DNA of 40,845 nucleotides from a virus (taxonomy: Duplodnaviria; Caudoviricetes). Under the pieces are notes generated by a model. The model was not told where the DNA came from. It was given only the letters and a program-made list of their open reading frames with translations, and ran no database searches. Position numbers and translations under genes: made by a program. Location of the stretch: positions 1 through 40,845 of the IMG/VR virus record IMGVR_UViG_3300032216_001937; one strand, written 5' to 3'. This document shows positions 16,079 through 26,364 of the stretch, in pieces (position 1 is the stretch's first letter; every line of letters begins with the position of its first letter).

Positions 16079-16849
16079 ATGGCTGACGGAAGAACGGGTG
16101 CCCGTGCTTCAATGAAAACGGTTGTTGGTCAAACTCAAATGGCCAGTGGTTCTTGGAGCAACAGTATTGAAACTAAACTTCAATTGTTTGCTTCAAGGTT
16201 AAAAAATCCTGAACCAGCACTTCAAGAAGTAGAAGTTCTTTTTTCTATGATGGAAAGAGAAATTTTTGCTAACAATGGTTCTGCTCCCACCTTTGGATAC
16301 AGTCACGACTGGCAAGGTTTTAGCGAAAACAGTAGAGGCAATAAAACGGGTAAAGTAATGATTAATTACGGTTACTTAAAAGCCTCTGCAGAAAATCCAA
16401 TTGTTAAAATAACCGGCAAAACTCTTGTTGCAGATATTGACCCTCGGCACTTTGGTGCTGGTACTGGTAAAAAAAGTTATTCTCGTGGTCACAACTATGG
16501 TGCTTTTCATCAAAAGGGAACTGACAATATGCCTGCAAGGCCTATTATCCCTGAAGTGCCGCCACCAATTTTTCTTGAAGCATGTCGCAATATTGTTTAC
16601 AGATATATGGCAGACAATATACAAGTTGTAGACCCAGAATCTAAAAACGCAACCGCACAAACACTTGCAACTAGAGCAACAAATAAAACTAAACGTTCTA
16701 AAAAAAGTGGTTATAACTATAAAACTGACCACACCAGAAAACCTATAAAAAAAAGGACCTCCATTGATGGAGACAAGCCAAAGTCTTCTGGTCGTTCCGC
16801 AGTAAAATCAACTCAATCAAGGTCTACAAAAACCACCAAAAAATCTTAA
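16079..16849 (+). CDS. virion morphogenesis/tail completion protein (Mu gpG/P2 gpS-like) with basic C-terminal extension
   Basis: YGAFHQ.GT..MPARP motif; Lys-rich tail. Confidence 0.75.
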   Translation: MADGRTGARASMKTVVGQTQMASGSWSNSIETKLQLFASRLKNPEPALQEVEVLFSMMEREIFANNGSAPTFGYSHDWQGFSENSRGNKTGKVMINYGYLKASAENPIVKITGKTLVADIDPRHFGAGTGKKSYSRGHNYGAFHQKGTDNMPARPIIPEVPPPIFLEACRNIVYRYMADNIQVVDPESKNATAQTLATRATNKTKRSKKSGYNYKTDHTRKPIKKRTSIDGDKPKSSGRSAVKSTQSRSTKTTKKS

Positions 16850-16858
16850 AGGATAAAA

Positions 16859-17527
16859 ATGGCACAAAGAGACTGGTGGGCTGATTGGAATTTAAGTTAT
16901 CTTAATGACTCTTTTGGACCCCTTTATGGTGGTCACTCAGTACAAGAAGCCGTTTACAGAACCCTTGAAAAATGGTTTCCAACTTATATTGCGGAATTTA
17001 ATAGAGTTTTAGGTAGTCGTGTTTTGGAATTGCCTTTTGAATACAGGCACCGCCCTGAATACAGAACGCTTCCAAGAAACGCTGTCGCTGCTGTATTAAT
17101 TTCTGTTCCATCTACAAGTGGTTTGCCTGAAGTTTACCAAGATGGAATCCGTACAAACTGGCAAGTGGAAGCACTTGTTTATGTTTACGGAACAAAAGAC
17201 TGGCAAGAAACAGAAGCACTTACTCAAGCATACGCTGCTTGCATTCGTGCTTGTATTATCCAGAACCGTGGCCTTGAAGGTTTTGCCGAAACCACTATGT
17301 GGGATGGCGAAGAATATCTTGAAGGTGAACACAGTAGCGGAAGAACAACTGGCATTGCTCACGTTCGTTTTGTCGTAACTGTTGGAAGTGCCATGAATAT
17401 GTATGGCGGTTTTCCAAGTCCACTATATGCACCTACAGATGCAATTACATACCCATCTACTGAAAAACCTACAGAGGTTCCAATAGTAGAAGAAGTTGTA
17501 GTTTCTGTTGAAAAGGAACCAACATGA
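16859..17527 (+). CDS. probable tail terminator
   Basis: Synteny (neck, before sheath); alpha/beta pattern. Confidence 0.55.
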   Translation: MAQRDWWADWNLSYLNDSFGPLYGGHSVQEAVYRTLEKWFPTYIAEFNRVLGSRVLELPFEYRHRPEYRTLPRNAVAAVLISVPSTSGLPEVYQDGIRTNWQVEALVYVYGTKDWQETEALTQAYAACIRACIIQNRGLEGFAETTMWDGEEYLEGEHSSGRTTGIAHVRFVVTVGSAMNMYGGFPSPLYAPTDAITYPSTEKPTEVPIVEEVVVSVEKEPT

Positions 17528-17784
17528 GCAAAATTAAAATCTTAGTACAGTCCCAAAACGTTATTTTTGACGATGAAGGACGACCTATGTCCCACGGAAA
17601 CGAATATACAGTTTCTCACGGGAAAAAAATTGAGAGTTACATCTCAAAAGGAACTGTAGTTGTTTTGAAATCTGAAGACGAAAGTCAACAGAAGGAAGAA
17701 CAAAAACAGAAACCTCTACAAATAAAGAATTCAGGGAAGCCGGAAACTGCTTCCATTAACCTCGAGGAGAACTCAAATGGCTAA
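17524..17784 (+). CDS. small hypothetical protein preceding the sheath
   Basis: 86-aa ORF overlapping both neighbours. Confidence 0.65.
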   Translation: MSKIKILVQSQNVIFDDEGRPMSHGNEYTVSHGKKIESYISKGTVVVLKSEDESQQKEEQKQKPLQIKNSGKPETASINLEENSNG

Positions 17785-19336
17785 TTCAGCCCCAGGCGTA
17801 AACATTAATGTTACTGCCAGTGCTTCAAGTCCAAGTGTAAATGCCGCAACCGGTACTTGGTTTGTTCTTGGAGTTGCCGCCGGTCCCGCAAATATTGCGG
17901 TTCCAGTCAATTCCATTTCGGACTTTAACACTTACTTTGGTCAGATTGTAAATGGTCAAATTACAGGACGCTACACCCTTAACTCACACGTTGACAGCAC
18001 GCTTCTTTACGATGCTCTTGACGTATTCTTCCGTGAAGGTGGCGTAAATGCTTACGTTTCACGCATTCAACCAACATCAACCGGAGTTACTGCAACAACA
18101 GTAGCCGGCGGTGGAAAGTTTCTTCTTACTGCAAACGGTAAAGGAACTTGGGCTAACTCAAGCAACTCTGCTGCAAATGGAGTAATCCTTACAATTAGCG
18201 GTGCAACCGTTAACTCAAACACTGTTTACACAGCAACTATTGAATACAATGGAAACACAATGGCCCGCACAGGCGGACTTGCTTCTGACGTAGACGTAGT
18301 TAACTGGATTAACGGACTTCCTGCTTACCAGTCAATGGTTACAGCAAGTTCAATTTCTGGTTCAAGTGTTTTGCCAGCATCTGGCTCAAGCGTTAGCGTT
18401 TACCTAACTGGTGGAACTGACGTTAGCGTTGCTGATGCAGACGTACCAGTAGCACTTACTGCTTTTACAGACGCATTTGGCCCTGGTCAAATTTCATACC
18501 CAGGCGCAACATCAACAACAACATACCTAAACCTTGCCAACCACGCTAAGTCCTTTAACCGTGTTGCTGTTCTTGACGCCCAAAACACCGCAACTGCATC
18601 TGACATTATGGACGACGCAGCAACAGTTCAAGGAACAGCGCTTGACCCATCATACGCTTCAATCTTTGCTCCTTGGCTAATTGTTCCAGGTCTTGTAAAC
18701 ACAAACCCTAACCAACCTGCTGGCGCAGTTATCAACCGTACAGTAGCCCCTTCTGCACTTGCTGCAGCAAAGATGGCTCAAAACGACCAAGTAACAGACG
18801 CTAATAACCCAGCAGCCGGTATTAACAACGGTAAGTCAAACTACGCCGTAAACGTTTCAGCAGCATTTGATGCTACTCAACGTGGCGAACTAAACAGCGC
18901 TGGAGTAAACGTTATCCGTAACGTTCCAGGTGCAAACATTATTGCTGTTTATGGATACCGTTCACTTGCTTTTGATGCAAACTGGCAGTTCCTTAACAAC
19001 GTACGTTTCCGTATGCAAGTTATTCGTGACTTTAACTTTATTGCTGAGTCATTTGTATTTGCTGAAATTGACGGCAAGGGACACTTGTTCGCTACCCTTA
19101 ATGGAGCGCTTGCTGGACAGTGCCAATCATACTGGACTCGTAAGAGCATTTATGGCGCCACACCTTCAGAGGCTTTCTCTGTAAACACTGGCCCACAAAT
19201 CAACACCCCAACAACTATTGCTGCGGGTCAAGTTAACGCTGCTGTAAACCTTCGCATGTCACCATTCGGAGAGTTTGTAACAGTAAACGTAACCAAGTAC
19301 TTGGTTAACGCACCACTTCCAAACTACAACGCTTAA
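17777..19336 (+). CDS. contractile tail sheath protein
   Basis: APGV.I N-terminus, FF.EGG...YV.R, R.AVLD, PW...APS, LN..GVN.IR, YG.RSL...W..LNNVR, EAF.V motifs. Confidence 0.95.
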   Translation: MANSAPGVNINVTASASSPSVNAATGTWFVLGVAAGPANIAVPVNSISDFNTYFGQIVNGQITGRYTLNSHVDSTLLYDALDVFFREGGVNAYVSRIQPTSTGVTATTVAGGGKFLLTANGKGTWANSSNSAANGVILTISGATVNSNTVYTATIEYNGNTMARTGGLASDVDVVNWINGLPAYQSMVTASSISGSSVLPASGSSVSVYLTGGTDVSVADADVPVALTAFTDAFGPGQISYPGATSTTTYLNLANHAKSFNRVAVLDAQNTATASDIMDDAATVQGTALDPSYASIFAPWLIVPGLVNTNPNQPAGAVINRTVAPSALAAAKMAQNDQVTDANNPAAGINNGKSNYAVNVSAAFDATQRGELNSAGVNVIRNVPGANIIAVYGYRSLAFDANWQFLNNVRFRMQVIRDFNFIAESFVFAEIDGKGHLFATLNGALAGQCQSYWTRKSIYGATPSEAFSVNTGPQINTPTTIAAGQVNAAVNLRMSPFGEFVTVNVTKYLVNAPLPNYNA

Positions 19337-19356
19337 TCTTTTAAGGAGAAATTAAA

Positions 19357-19794
19357 ATGGCTAATACAAATGCAGACCACTTTTATGGTTCAGAACAGCA
19401 ATGGCTTGCAACCTTAAACGTTGCAGGCACGAACTATGGTATTTTTGACAAGTTCACTGGTGGTGACGTTAGCGCTGCAGTTAACAAGCACCGTCCTGGT
19501 GGAATGGGCCCAGAAATCACCTACCTATCGCTTCCAACCTACGCAGACGTAACTCTGACTAAGGTTTACGAGACACAGAAGGACCACGCTCGAATCGCTG
19601 CTTTGCACGCTCTTGTTGGTAACTCTTTGGCTGTTGTAACCCTTCAGCCGCTTGACGACACAGGAGCCCCTTGGGGAACCGCTCGTACCTACCAAGGCCG
19701 TATTATTGCGGTTAAGGACGGCGGAACTGACTCAATGAGCAATGCTGCCCGTATGTTTGAAGTTGACATTGCGGTTGAAACTGTAACCAACTAG
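19357..19794 (+). CDS. tail tube protein
   Basis: 145 aa directly after the sheath; AAGGAG RBS; GG.V...K.RPGGM...DVTL...D..SN. Confidence 0.85.
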   Translation: MANTNADHFYGSEQQWLATLNVAGTNYGIFDKFTGGDVSAAVNKHRPGGMGPEITYLSLPTYADVTLTKVYETQKDHARIAALHALVGNSLAVVTLQPLDDTGAPWGTARTYQGRIIAVKDGGTDSMSNAARMFEVDIAVETVTN

Positions 19795-19805
19795 TATATA
19801 CTAGT
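19775..19805 (+). promoter_or_regulatory. promoter-like site with perfect 16-bp palindrome
   Basis: TTGAAA-N16-TATACT overlapped by ACTAGTATATACTAGT (19790-19805). Confidence 0.4.
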
Positions 19806-19830
19806 AACTAACTAACCACTGGAGGAACAC

Positions 19831-20373
19831 ATGGTTGATTTTAAAATTAATGATGACGGAAGTGAAACTACTGCTGTGGCGGGGGATGTAGTTGCTGAGG
19901 TGCAAACTTCAACATCTACTCCCCTTGCCTCACTGCAGGCACGACGTGAACAGATTGTCAACGACTTATACACTGACATTCAAGTTCCGCGCTGGGAGAG
20001 CCCAGAGATTTACGTACGATTTAAGCCAGTATCAACAATTAAGTTGAATGCTGCTATTGACCGCCGACGCAAACAAAAGGGTGACGACTGGTCACTTCTT
20101 GCAAATGCCGACATGCTCATTGAGTCTTGTGTTGGTATTTACGCTGTGTTTAACGGCGAAACAGAAAACAAACTTTCTCTTTCAACTACCGACCCAAATG
20201 GTAAGTGGACAAAGTTTGACCCAGAACTCGCTAAAGCATTGGGAGTTGACGCACAACGCGCCACTGATTCAGTTCAGGCTCTTTACCTAACCGAGGGAGA
20301 CCTCATTGACACCGCAAACAGATTGTTCCGTTGGAGCAATGTTGCGAACGATGAGGCAGACGAAACTTTTTAA
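19831..20373 (+). CDS. tail assembly chaperone (G-like)
   Basis: Between tube and tape measure; GGAGG RBS; ends ACT TTT TAA. Confidence 0.8.
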   Translation: MVDFKINDDGSETTAVAGDVVAEVQTSTSTPLASLQARREQIVNDLYTDIQVPRWESPEIYVRFKPVSTIKLNAAIDRRRKQKGDDWSLLANADMLIESCVGIYAVFNGETENKLSLSTTDPNGKWTKFDPELAKALGVDAQRATDSVQALYLTEGDLIDTANRLFRWSNVANDEADETF

Positions 20374-20600
20374 AAGCCCTAGCCGAAGACTCGTTTATTG
20401 AAACGGGTGCTTATGCCATTATGCTTGGCATGGACCCGTACGGTCCTCTAAGCAGACAGGGCAACACAGATTACCTAATTGACATTGCTTTAATGCAAAA
20501 GGCGATGCAATTAAGTAACGAACAAAAAGTTGAAGAAATAAAAGTTCTTGCGGAATTGACTGGCCTAGAAGTCGCGAAAACAATAGCAAAAATATTCTAG
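20370..20600 (+). CDS. tail assembly chaperone -1 frame extension (T-like, 76 codons)
   Basis: Open -1 frame LKALAEDSFIETGAYAIMLGMDPY...KTIAKIF, starting at the upstream stop; no good RBS of its own. Confidence 0.75.
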   Translation, partial: LKALAEDSFIETGAYAIMLGMDPYGPLSRQGNTDYLIDIALMQKAMQLSNEQKVEEIKVLAELTGLEVAKTIAKIF

Positions 20601-20635
20601 CCACCCGCCTAAAAATTTAACTTAGGCGGCAGACC

Positions 20636-20674
20636 AAGCCGCTACCTCTTAACGGGGTAGCGGTTTTTTCTTTT
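20636..20674 (+). terminator. intrinsic terminator immediately upstream of the tape measure gene
   Basis: GCCGCTACCTC-TTAAC-GGGGTAGCGGT stem-loop followed by TTTTTCTTTT. Confidence 0.8.
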
Positions 20675-20686
20675 AAAAGGTACCTT

Positions 20687-23600
20687 ATGGGCGAACATAT
20701 AGAATTTGTACTTAGTGTAGTCACGGCAGAAGGTCAAGTAGAACTACGTAAGTTTACAATTGAGTGGGGTAAAAACACCACTGCAGTTAGCAAAAATGCT
20801 AGTGCTAACAAGAAAAACGCCGCTGGTCAAAAAATTCTTCAAAATGAAATGAAGCAAACTGACGGCCAAGTCAGAATGCTGACTGGTGCAATTGAAGCAC
20901 TTACTGGTCAAACAGTAAAAAGCGCTTCTGCTAGTGAACAAGATGCTGCTGCTAAAAAACTAGAAGGAGCATCGTCAAGCAAGGCTGCTTCAGAAATTGA
21001 AATGTTTGCCAAGGTTCAGCAACAAGCAGCCATGGCTTCAATGCGTTCTGCCTACGCTCAAGAAGTTGCAAACAAAAGTTATTCAAAATTTTATACCACT
21101 CTTAACAGAATGGAAGCCATAGGAACACCAGCAATTCTTAAGGCTGGTGCGTGGAGTGCTCTTGCTATTGGTGGTGTTGCGTACGAAGGCATCAAGATGT
21201 ACGCGCAATTTAACAAGCACTTAACTCAGTCAATTACCCAGGCCGGACAATCTCCAAAAAACCTTCCGTTCCTTAGCCAAAATGCACTTAACATTGCTAA
21301 GGCAACCGGAGTTGGTCTTAATGACGTAGCCGACATGATGTACCGTGCCGCATCTGGTACTGCAGCGTGGAACCAAGGTCTTGGGGCAACAAAAGAACAA
21401 CTTATTGCGGTAACAAGACAAATCGCAAACCTTAACGTAATTGGAAATATTTCCGGTGGTACTGCCTCGGACCAATCAGCCCGTGTTCTTACTGCTATTG
21501 CCAACTCAGGTCTAAGAGGACTTGGGCCAGGAAGAAGCGTTAAGGCAGCAAATACTGCTGCTTACTACACCAACGCAATTGTTGGTGCTGGTGACATGCG
21601 TCAAAGCGAACTTAACTCAGCAATAGGTCGTGGTGCTCTTTCTTCTGCAAAAGCAAACGGAATGTCAATTGGTGACCTTGGTTCTTGGCTTGCTCTTATG
21701 ACCTCTATGGGTACTCCAGCGTCTGTTGCTGGTACTTATGCAAAATCAGGTATTAACCTTCTAACCAACCCATCAACCCAAGGAGCAAAAGCCTTGGGAA
21801 TGCTTGGTCTTGCGCCTGGTACGCTTCAGAGAATTATGGCCGGTAAAGAGTCATACACGCACACCGTTAATGGAATTAAGACTAAAGACACAGGTCTTCA
21901 AGGTGTTGCTTTTAAATTAAACGACGCAATGAAGCAGTTCAATCCTTTTAAGAATTACCCAACATATAAGGGTAAGGGTGGCGCTGCTGGTGCAACTGCG
22001 CTTCTTGAAAACTGGGGTATTAACCAAATTCCTGCTGGTTTTATTAAGTCTTGGACACGAGGAAAACTTAGCAAAATACAACAGATGCAAGCCACGTCAC
22101 TTATCCTGACAAAGGCATTTGGTGGTTCAAAACAATTTGCCACAATTGCTGGTCTTATGCAAGACCCAGAGGGACTTGCTGCTCTTAGATATGCCATTGA
22201 CCAAAAAGCCAACAAAAAATCATATGACAAGGCACTTGCAACTGCACTTGACACTCCGTCACGTAAGTTTTCTCGAGACCTTCGAACAATTCAAGTAGAC
22301 CTTGTTAGCATTGGTAAAACCCTTACTCCCGTTGCCCTTAAACTTGCTGGCGCTCTTACGGGTCTTATAGGTTTATTTACAAGATTTAAAATTCTTCTTG
22401 TTCCAGTTGTTGCGTTGTTTGGAAGTCTTGCTGTTGCTGCAGGTGTGGCTAAAGTTGGCGCAATTGCTAAGGGTGGCTACGGCATTCTTGGAAGCCTCTA
22501 CAAAGGCACAGACAAAATTTGGGGAGCCCTTGCTGGTAAAGATGCAAACAGCAAGCGTTACGGAATTTTTAGCAGATTTATGGGTGGCGGACAAAAATTC
22601 CGCGAAGTTGCAAATGAAAACATGCGTGCAGTTGCTGAAAGAATGGGTCAACACGCTATAAAATATGGCGAGGCTGCTGCAATTCAACTTGAAGCGTCAG
22701 AGGTTTTTGCTAGAGGTGTTACCGGTCAAGAAATTTCTGGCGTAGGCGGTGGCTTAGGTGGGGGGGCTGGACGTGGCGTTGGCAAACTTGAAGGAAGCCT
22801 TGCTACAGAATTTCACAAAGGAAAAAATCTTCAAGCATACGAAAAAACAATTCTTAAGAACGCGGAAGCAAAAGGCAAAGTAATCACCGAAGCCATGGTT
22901 CGTCAAGAAATGTATCCTAGGGTTCTTATAAGTTCTCCAACTGGTAGAACCAAAAAAGATGCTGCACTTGTTAAAGAAACGGCAACAAAACTTAAAGGAA
23001 TGCAAACTGCAACAGGGGGAATTAGTCCTATTGTAAAAGCAGGAATGCACGAGGCAGAAAAAGATGTACTTAATGTTGCTAAAAGCGGTGTTCTTACTAG
23101 GGTTGCCGGTGGTGCTTTAGGTGCCTTAGGCGGACCCATTGGAATGGTTGCCATGAGCATGCTTCCAATGGCCTTGCCTATTATTGGCAAAGCCTTTGGT
23201 GGCTTTATGAGCATGTTTGGTGGCGGAAAACCACCAAAAACACCAAATGAATACACACCACCAAAAACTCCTAAAGAAATTCAAGACAAGATTGATAAAG
23301 ACAAAGCAAAACTTGCACCACTTCTTGCTGCACAAAAAAAGGGTACCCTAACACCCTCGCAATACAAAGAATTAAACAGACTTCAAAATGAACTTGGTGG
23401 TTTAAAAGCCAAACTTCCTGGAACAAAAGCATATCAATCAGCAATTGCCTCAATATCTCTTAATGACCTTATTGGACAAAATGGAAAAGGACCAAACCTT
23501 TTAAACGCACAAAAAGTTGCCAGCAGCCTAAAAACAATAGGTGGCTGGGCAACCGTTATGGGGCCAAGAGGACCAAAGAGGGTTTATCAAAAGCATGGTT

Positions 23601-24343
23601 TTGCTGCTGCTAGTGATTACCTGTCTATTTACAACTCATTGCCTGCTGATATGCGCGCAGACTTTGCTGCTAAATATGGTCATTACGCAAAAAATGGAAA
23701 ACCATTTCCTGCTTCTGCTCTTAGTCAAATGCAAAATTGGGTTAACGGTGCTGCAAAGAATGCGTCTGGTACGCTTACAGGAAAATACGCAGGTTCTGTT
23801 CAAGGCAAAGTATGGGCTAACTATGTTGCGGCGCAAAATGCAATAAAAAATCAACCCAAGAGCGCTGCTGCAGATGCTGCATATATTAAATCTAACGGAG
23901 TATATAGCATTCCAACGGCAACGGGTGATGTTAACATTAATAAAGGTAGAAAATTATCTGATTATGAATATGGAGCAGTTAGAAGCAACCTTGAAGCACG
24001 AGCAGCGGCTGCAAACAAAACTGCTAGAGAAGACTTGTCTCTTGCTAATAAAGTTGGCATTAATTCAGATTTGGGTAAGCAATTAAAGGCTGCAGCAGAG
24101 AAGGCTGCAGCACAAGCAAAAACCGACCTTGCAGAACTTGCTAGAATTTCGAAAGAACAACACATTTCAAAATCAAGTCAAAAAGACCTTGCAAAAGAAA
24201 TTGCTGCCGCTATGAAACTTCTTTACTCTGATAAGAAACTTAGTGGTGAAGAAATTGGTCGAGCCACTGCTGCCGCACTTGGTACTGGTGGAATTACTAA
24301 AGCCGTTATTACCGAAATTGCAAACTCTATTTCTAGAAATTAA
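20687..24343 (+). CDS. tape measure protein
   Basis: 1218 aa, Ala/Gly-rich helical, TP901-like core (MY...SG, G..AS.AGT..K), hydrophobic segments; follows the chaperone. Confidence 0.92.
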   Translation: MGEHIEFVLSVVTAEGQVELRKFTIEWGKNTTAVSKNASANKKNAAGQKILQNEMKQTDGQVRMLTGAIEALTGQTVKSASASEQDAAAKKLEGASSSKAASEIEMFAKVQQQAAMASMRSAYAQEVANKSYSKFYTTLNRMEAIGTPAILKAGAWSALAIGGVAYEGIKMYAQFNKHLTQSITQAGQSPKNLPFLSQNALNIAKATGVGLNDVADMMYRAASGTAAWNQGLGATKEQLIAVTRQIANLNVIGNISGGTASDQSARVLTAIANSGLRGLGPGRSVKAANTAAYYTNAIVGAGDMRQSELNSAIGRGALSSAKANGMSIGDLGSWLALMTSMGTPASVAGTYAKSGINLLTNPSTQGAKALGMLGLAPGTLQRIMAGKESYTHTVNGIKTKDTGLQGVAFKLNDAMKQFNPFKNYPTYKGKGGAAGATALLENWGINQIPAGFIKSWTRGKLSKIQQMQATSLILTKAFGGSKQFATIAGLMQDPEGLAALRYAIDQKANKKSYDKALATALDTPSRKFSRDLRTIQVDLVSIGKTLTPVALKLAGALTGLIGLFTRFKILLVPVVALFGSLAVAAGVAKVGAIAKGGYGILGSLYKGTDKIWGALAGKDANSKRYGIFSRFMGGGQKFREVANENMRAVAERMGQHAIKYGEAAAIQLEASEVFARGVTGQEISGVGGGLGGGAGRGVGKLEGSLATEFHKGKNLQAYEKTILKNAEAKGKVITEAMVRQEMYPRVLISSPTGRTKKDAALVKETATKLKGMQTATGGISPIVKAGMHEAEKDVLNVAKSGVLTRVAGGALGALGGPIGMVAMSMLPMALPIIGKAFGGFMSMFGGGKPPKTPNEYTPPKTPKEIQDKIDKDKAKLAPLLAAQKKGTLTPSQYKELNRLQNELGGLKAKLPGTKAYQSAIASISLNDLIGQNGKGPNLLNAQKVASSLKTIGGWATVMGPRGPKRVYQKHGFAAASDYLSIYNSLPADMRADFAAKYGHYAKNGKPFPASALSQMQNWVNGAAKNASGTLTGKYAGSVQGKVWANYVAAQNAIKNQPKSAAADAAYIKSNGVYSIPTATGDVNINKGRKLSDYEYGAVRSNLEARAAAANKTAREDLSLANKVGINSDLGKQLKAAAEKAAAQAKTDLAELARISKEQHISKSSQKDLAKEIAAAMKLLYSDKKLSGEEIGRATAAALGTGGITKAVITEIANSISRN

Positions 24344-24356
24344 GTAGGATATACAA

Positions 24357-25199
24357 ATGGCTATTCCAGTAAATCAAGCACCACAACCACCACAGCAACG
24401 ACCATCACTTTCAACTTCATCAAGACTTATAACATTATCTCCAGACACTTACGGAAACGTTGCAACTGGAAAGATAGCAAATCCTCAAACTGGTGTTGGT
24501 TATTTTAATATTACCGCTGGCCTAATTGACCACACATCATATGGTCCAATTTCTTCGGGTGGATGGCAAGTTGTTGACCGACCAAAACAAACTTCAGCAA
24601 CACAGTGGTTTGACCGAGCCCCATACAAACTTGACCTAGAAATAATCTTAGACAAATCTGTTACCAATGCAAGTAGTGATGTTCCTTCAAACATTGCAAG
24701 CAATACTCACCCTAGAGTAAGTGGTGGTGAAATTTCTTCACTGCAATCCGTTGAAGCAGATTGTTCACAACTTGAACTTTGGTTAGAACCAATTCCCTCA
24801 ATTCTTGAACCCCCAACTTTAAAAATTGATGGACCGGTTCCTGGAACGGAAAGAACATGGTTTATATATGCTTTGGATTTTACTGAAGCAATTCGTGATT
24901 TTTCTAGCGGTTTAAGAGTTCAGCAACGAGTAAAGATTACTCTTTACGAATACACTTCTGCATTGGCAACATCAACTCACACCGCAGCATATTCACCAGC
25001 AAAAGCCTGGACCCAGAACACAATTGGAAGTGGTGTAAAAATTGCATCTCTTTACACAATTAAAACTGGGGACACAATTCAATCAATTGCTGGAACTAGC
25101 GGTAACAATTATGCACAATCAATTCTTGAAGCAAACGGTTTACGAGACCCATCCCTACTTTCACATATGGTTGGCGAAGTTATAGTATTGCCTGAATAA
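24357..25199 (+). CDS. tail tube initiator with C-terminal LysM domain
   Basis: YTIKTGDTIQSIA...I.EANGL.DP...GEVIVLP LysM; position after the TMP. Confidence 0.85.
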   Translation: MAIPVNQAPQPPQQRPSLSTSSRLITLSPDTYGNVATGKIANPQTGVGYFNITAGLIDHTSYGPISSGGWQVVDRPKQTSATQWFDRAPYKLDLEIILDKSVTNASSDVPSNIASNTHPRVSGGEISSLQSVEADCSQLELWLEPIPSILEPPTLKIDGPVPGTERTWFIYALDFTEAIRDFSSGLRVQQRVKITLYEYTSALATSTHTAAYSPAKAWTQNTIGSGVKIASLYTIKTGDTIQSIAGTSGNNYAQSILEANGLRDPSLLSHMVGEVIVLPE

Positions 25200-25200
25200 A

Positions 25201-26364
25201 ATGACAACAAAACCCGCTTCTAACACTAATGGACAATTAAAAGCAGTAAGTGCAACTACAAAAACAAAAAATGCTCTTTCAATTAAAAATCCAATTATTC
25301 AAAGCACAAATAGTTCAACCCCAGACAATCCTCCTGGTTTTGGTCCTTTTTCTCTTCAATTTCTTCAATTAACAAACCCAAAGACATTTAAGACAACAAC
25401 CATACCGGTAGATATTCGCAATGCAATTAACAACGTTATTTTGCAAAAAACAATTATGGGTCCTTCTACATTAACTATTCAGTTAAACGACCCAAATAGA
25501 CAACTTATGAAAAGCGTAAAAGATGGTGGAATTCTTGCTCAGGGTACAACCTGCACAATTACTGAACACGGAAAAAACATTAACTTTACCCTTGTTCAAT
25601 TTGTAAAAGCATCTGACCAAATTCAATTAGTTTTTGAATCTCAAAGCGTTTACACCTTAAGAAATCAACGCGGTAAAATTACCGGAACAACCGGAACTGG
25701 TGTTACAGAATTCATTACTGGACTTGCTACTGCCGTAAATAAGTATCTTCCTGTAAATGAAAAAATTTCAGTAATGGCAGCAAACTATAAAATTGTTTGG
25801 TCTAAATTAACTGGAAACGCAAAAACACCAATTGTTGGAGTCGGTCTTGGGCGAGCAACATCAGCCGACCCCTCTGAAGATTCTTGGACAGCAATGAGTC
25901 GTATTGCTTCTGGTGTAGGTTGGCGTCTATTTGAAGACGAAAACAAAATCTATTTTGGCCCAGACGAATATTGGCTTGGGCTTCTTACAAAGAACAAACA
26001 AGGTTTGGCAGTTCCTCCCGTAAATAAAATGTTTAACAAAAATTCTGAAATTAAAGAAATAAAAGAATTCAGTGACACCGTTCAACTTATTGACTACGAC
26101 TGGGACGTTGGAAAACCCTACGCTCAAGCAACGGTTACCTGCATGTTAAATAACTGGGATTTTCGTCTTGGTGAAATTGTTCACGTAACAAACCTTGGTC
26201 CAGGAAGTGGTTATTGGATAGTTGCAGGAATGCAGCGTGATATGTACAACCCACAGGCTACGTTGACACTTCAAGTACCAATGCCGTTTGCAGCCGTTTA
26301 CAATCCAACTTCTGCACCTCTACCAGGATTCCCACTTCAAACTGCAAAGATTGTTGGACAATGA
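25201..26364 (+). CDS. baseplate hub protein (gpD/gp27-like)
   Basis: STLTIQL.DP, EDSW....RIA...GW..F, G..SG.W.V motifs; synteny. Confidence 0.75.
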   Translation: MTTKPASNTNGQLKAVSATTKTKNALSIKNPIIQSTNSSTPDNPPGFGPFSLQFLQLTNPKTFKTTTIPVDIRNAINNVILQKTIMGPSTLTIQLNDPNRQLMKSVKDGGILAQGTTCTITEHGKNINFTLVQFVKASDQIQLVFESQSVYTLRNQRGKITGTTGTGVTEFITGLATAVNKYLPVNEKISVMAANYKIVWSKLTGNAKTPIVGVGLGRATSADPSEDSWTAMSRIASGVGWRLFEDENKIYFGPDEYWLGLLTKNKQGLAVPPVNKMFNKNSEIKEIKEFSDTVQLIDYDWDVGKPYAQATVTCMLNNWDFRLGEIVHVTNLGPGSGYWIVAGMQRDMYNPQATLTLQVPMPFAAVYNPTSAPLPGFPLQTAKIVGQ

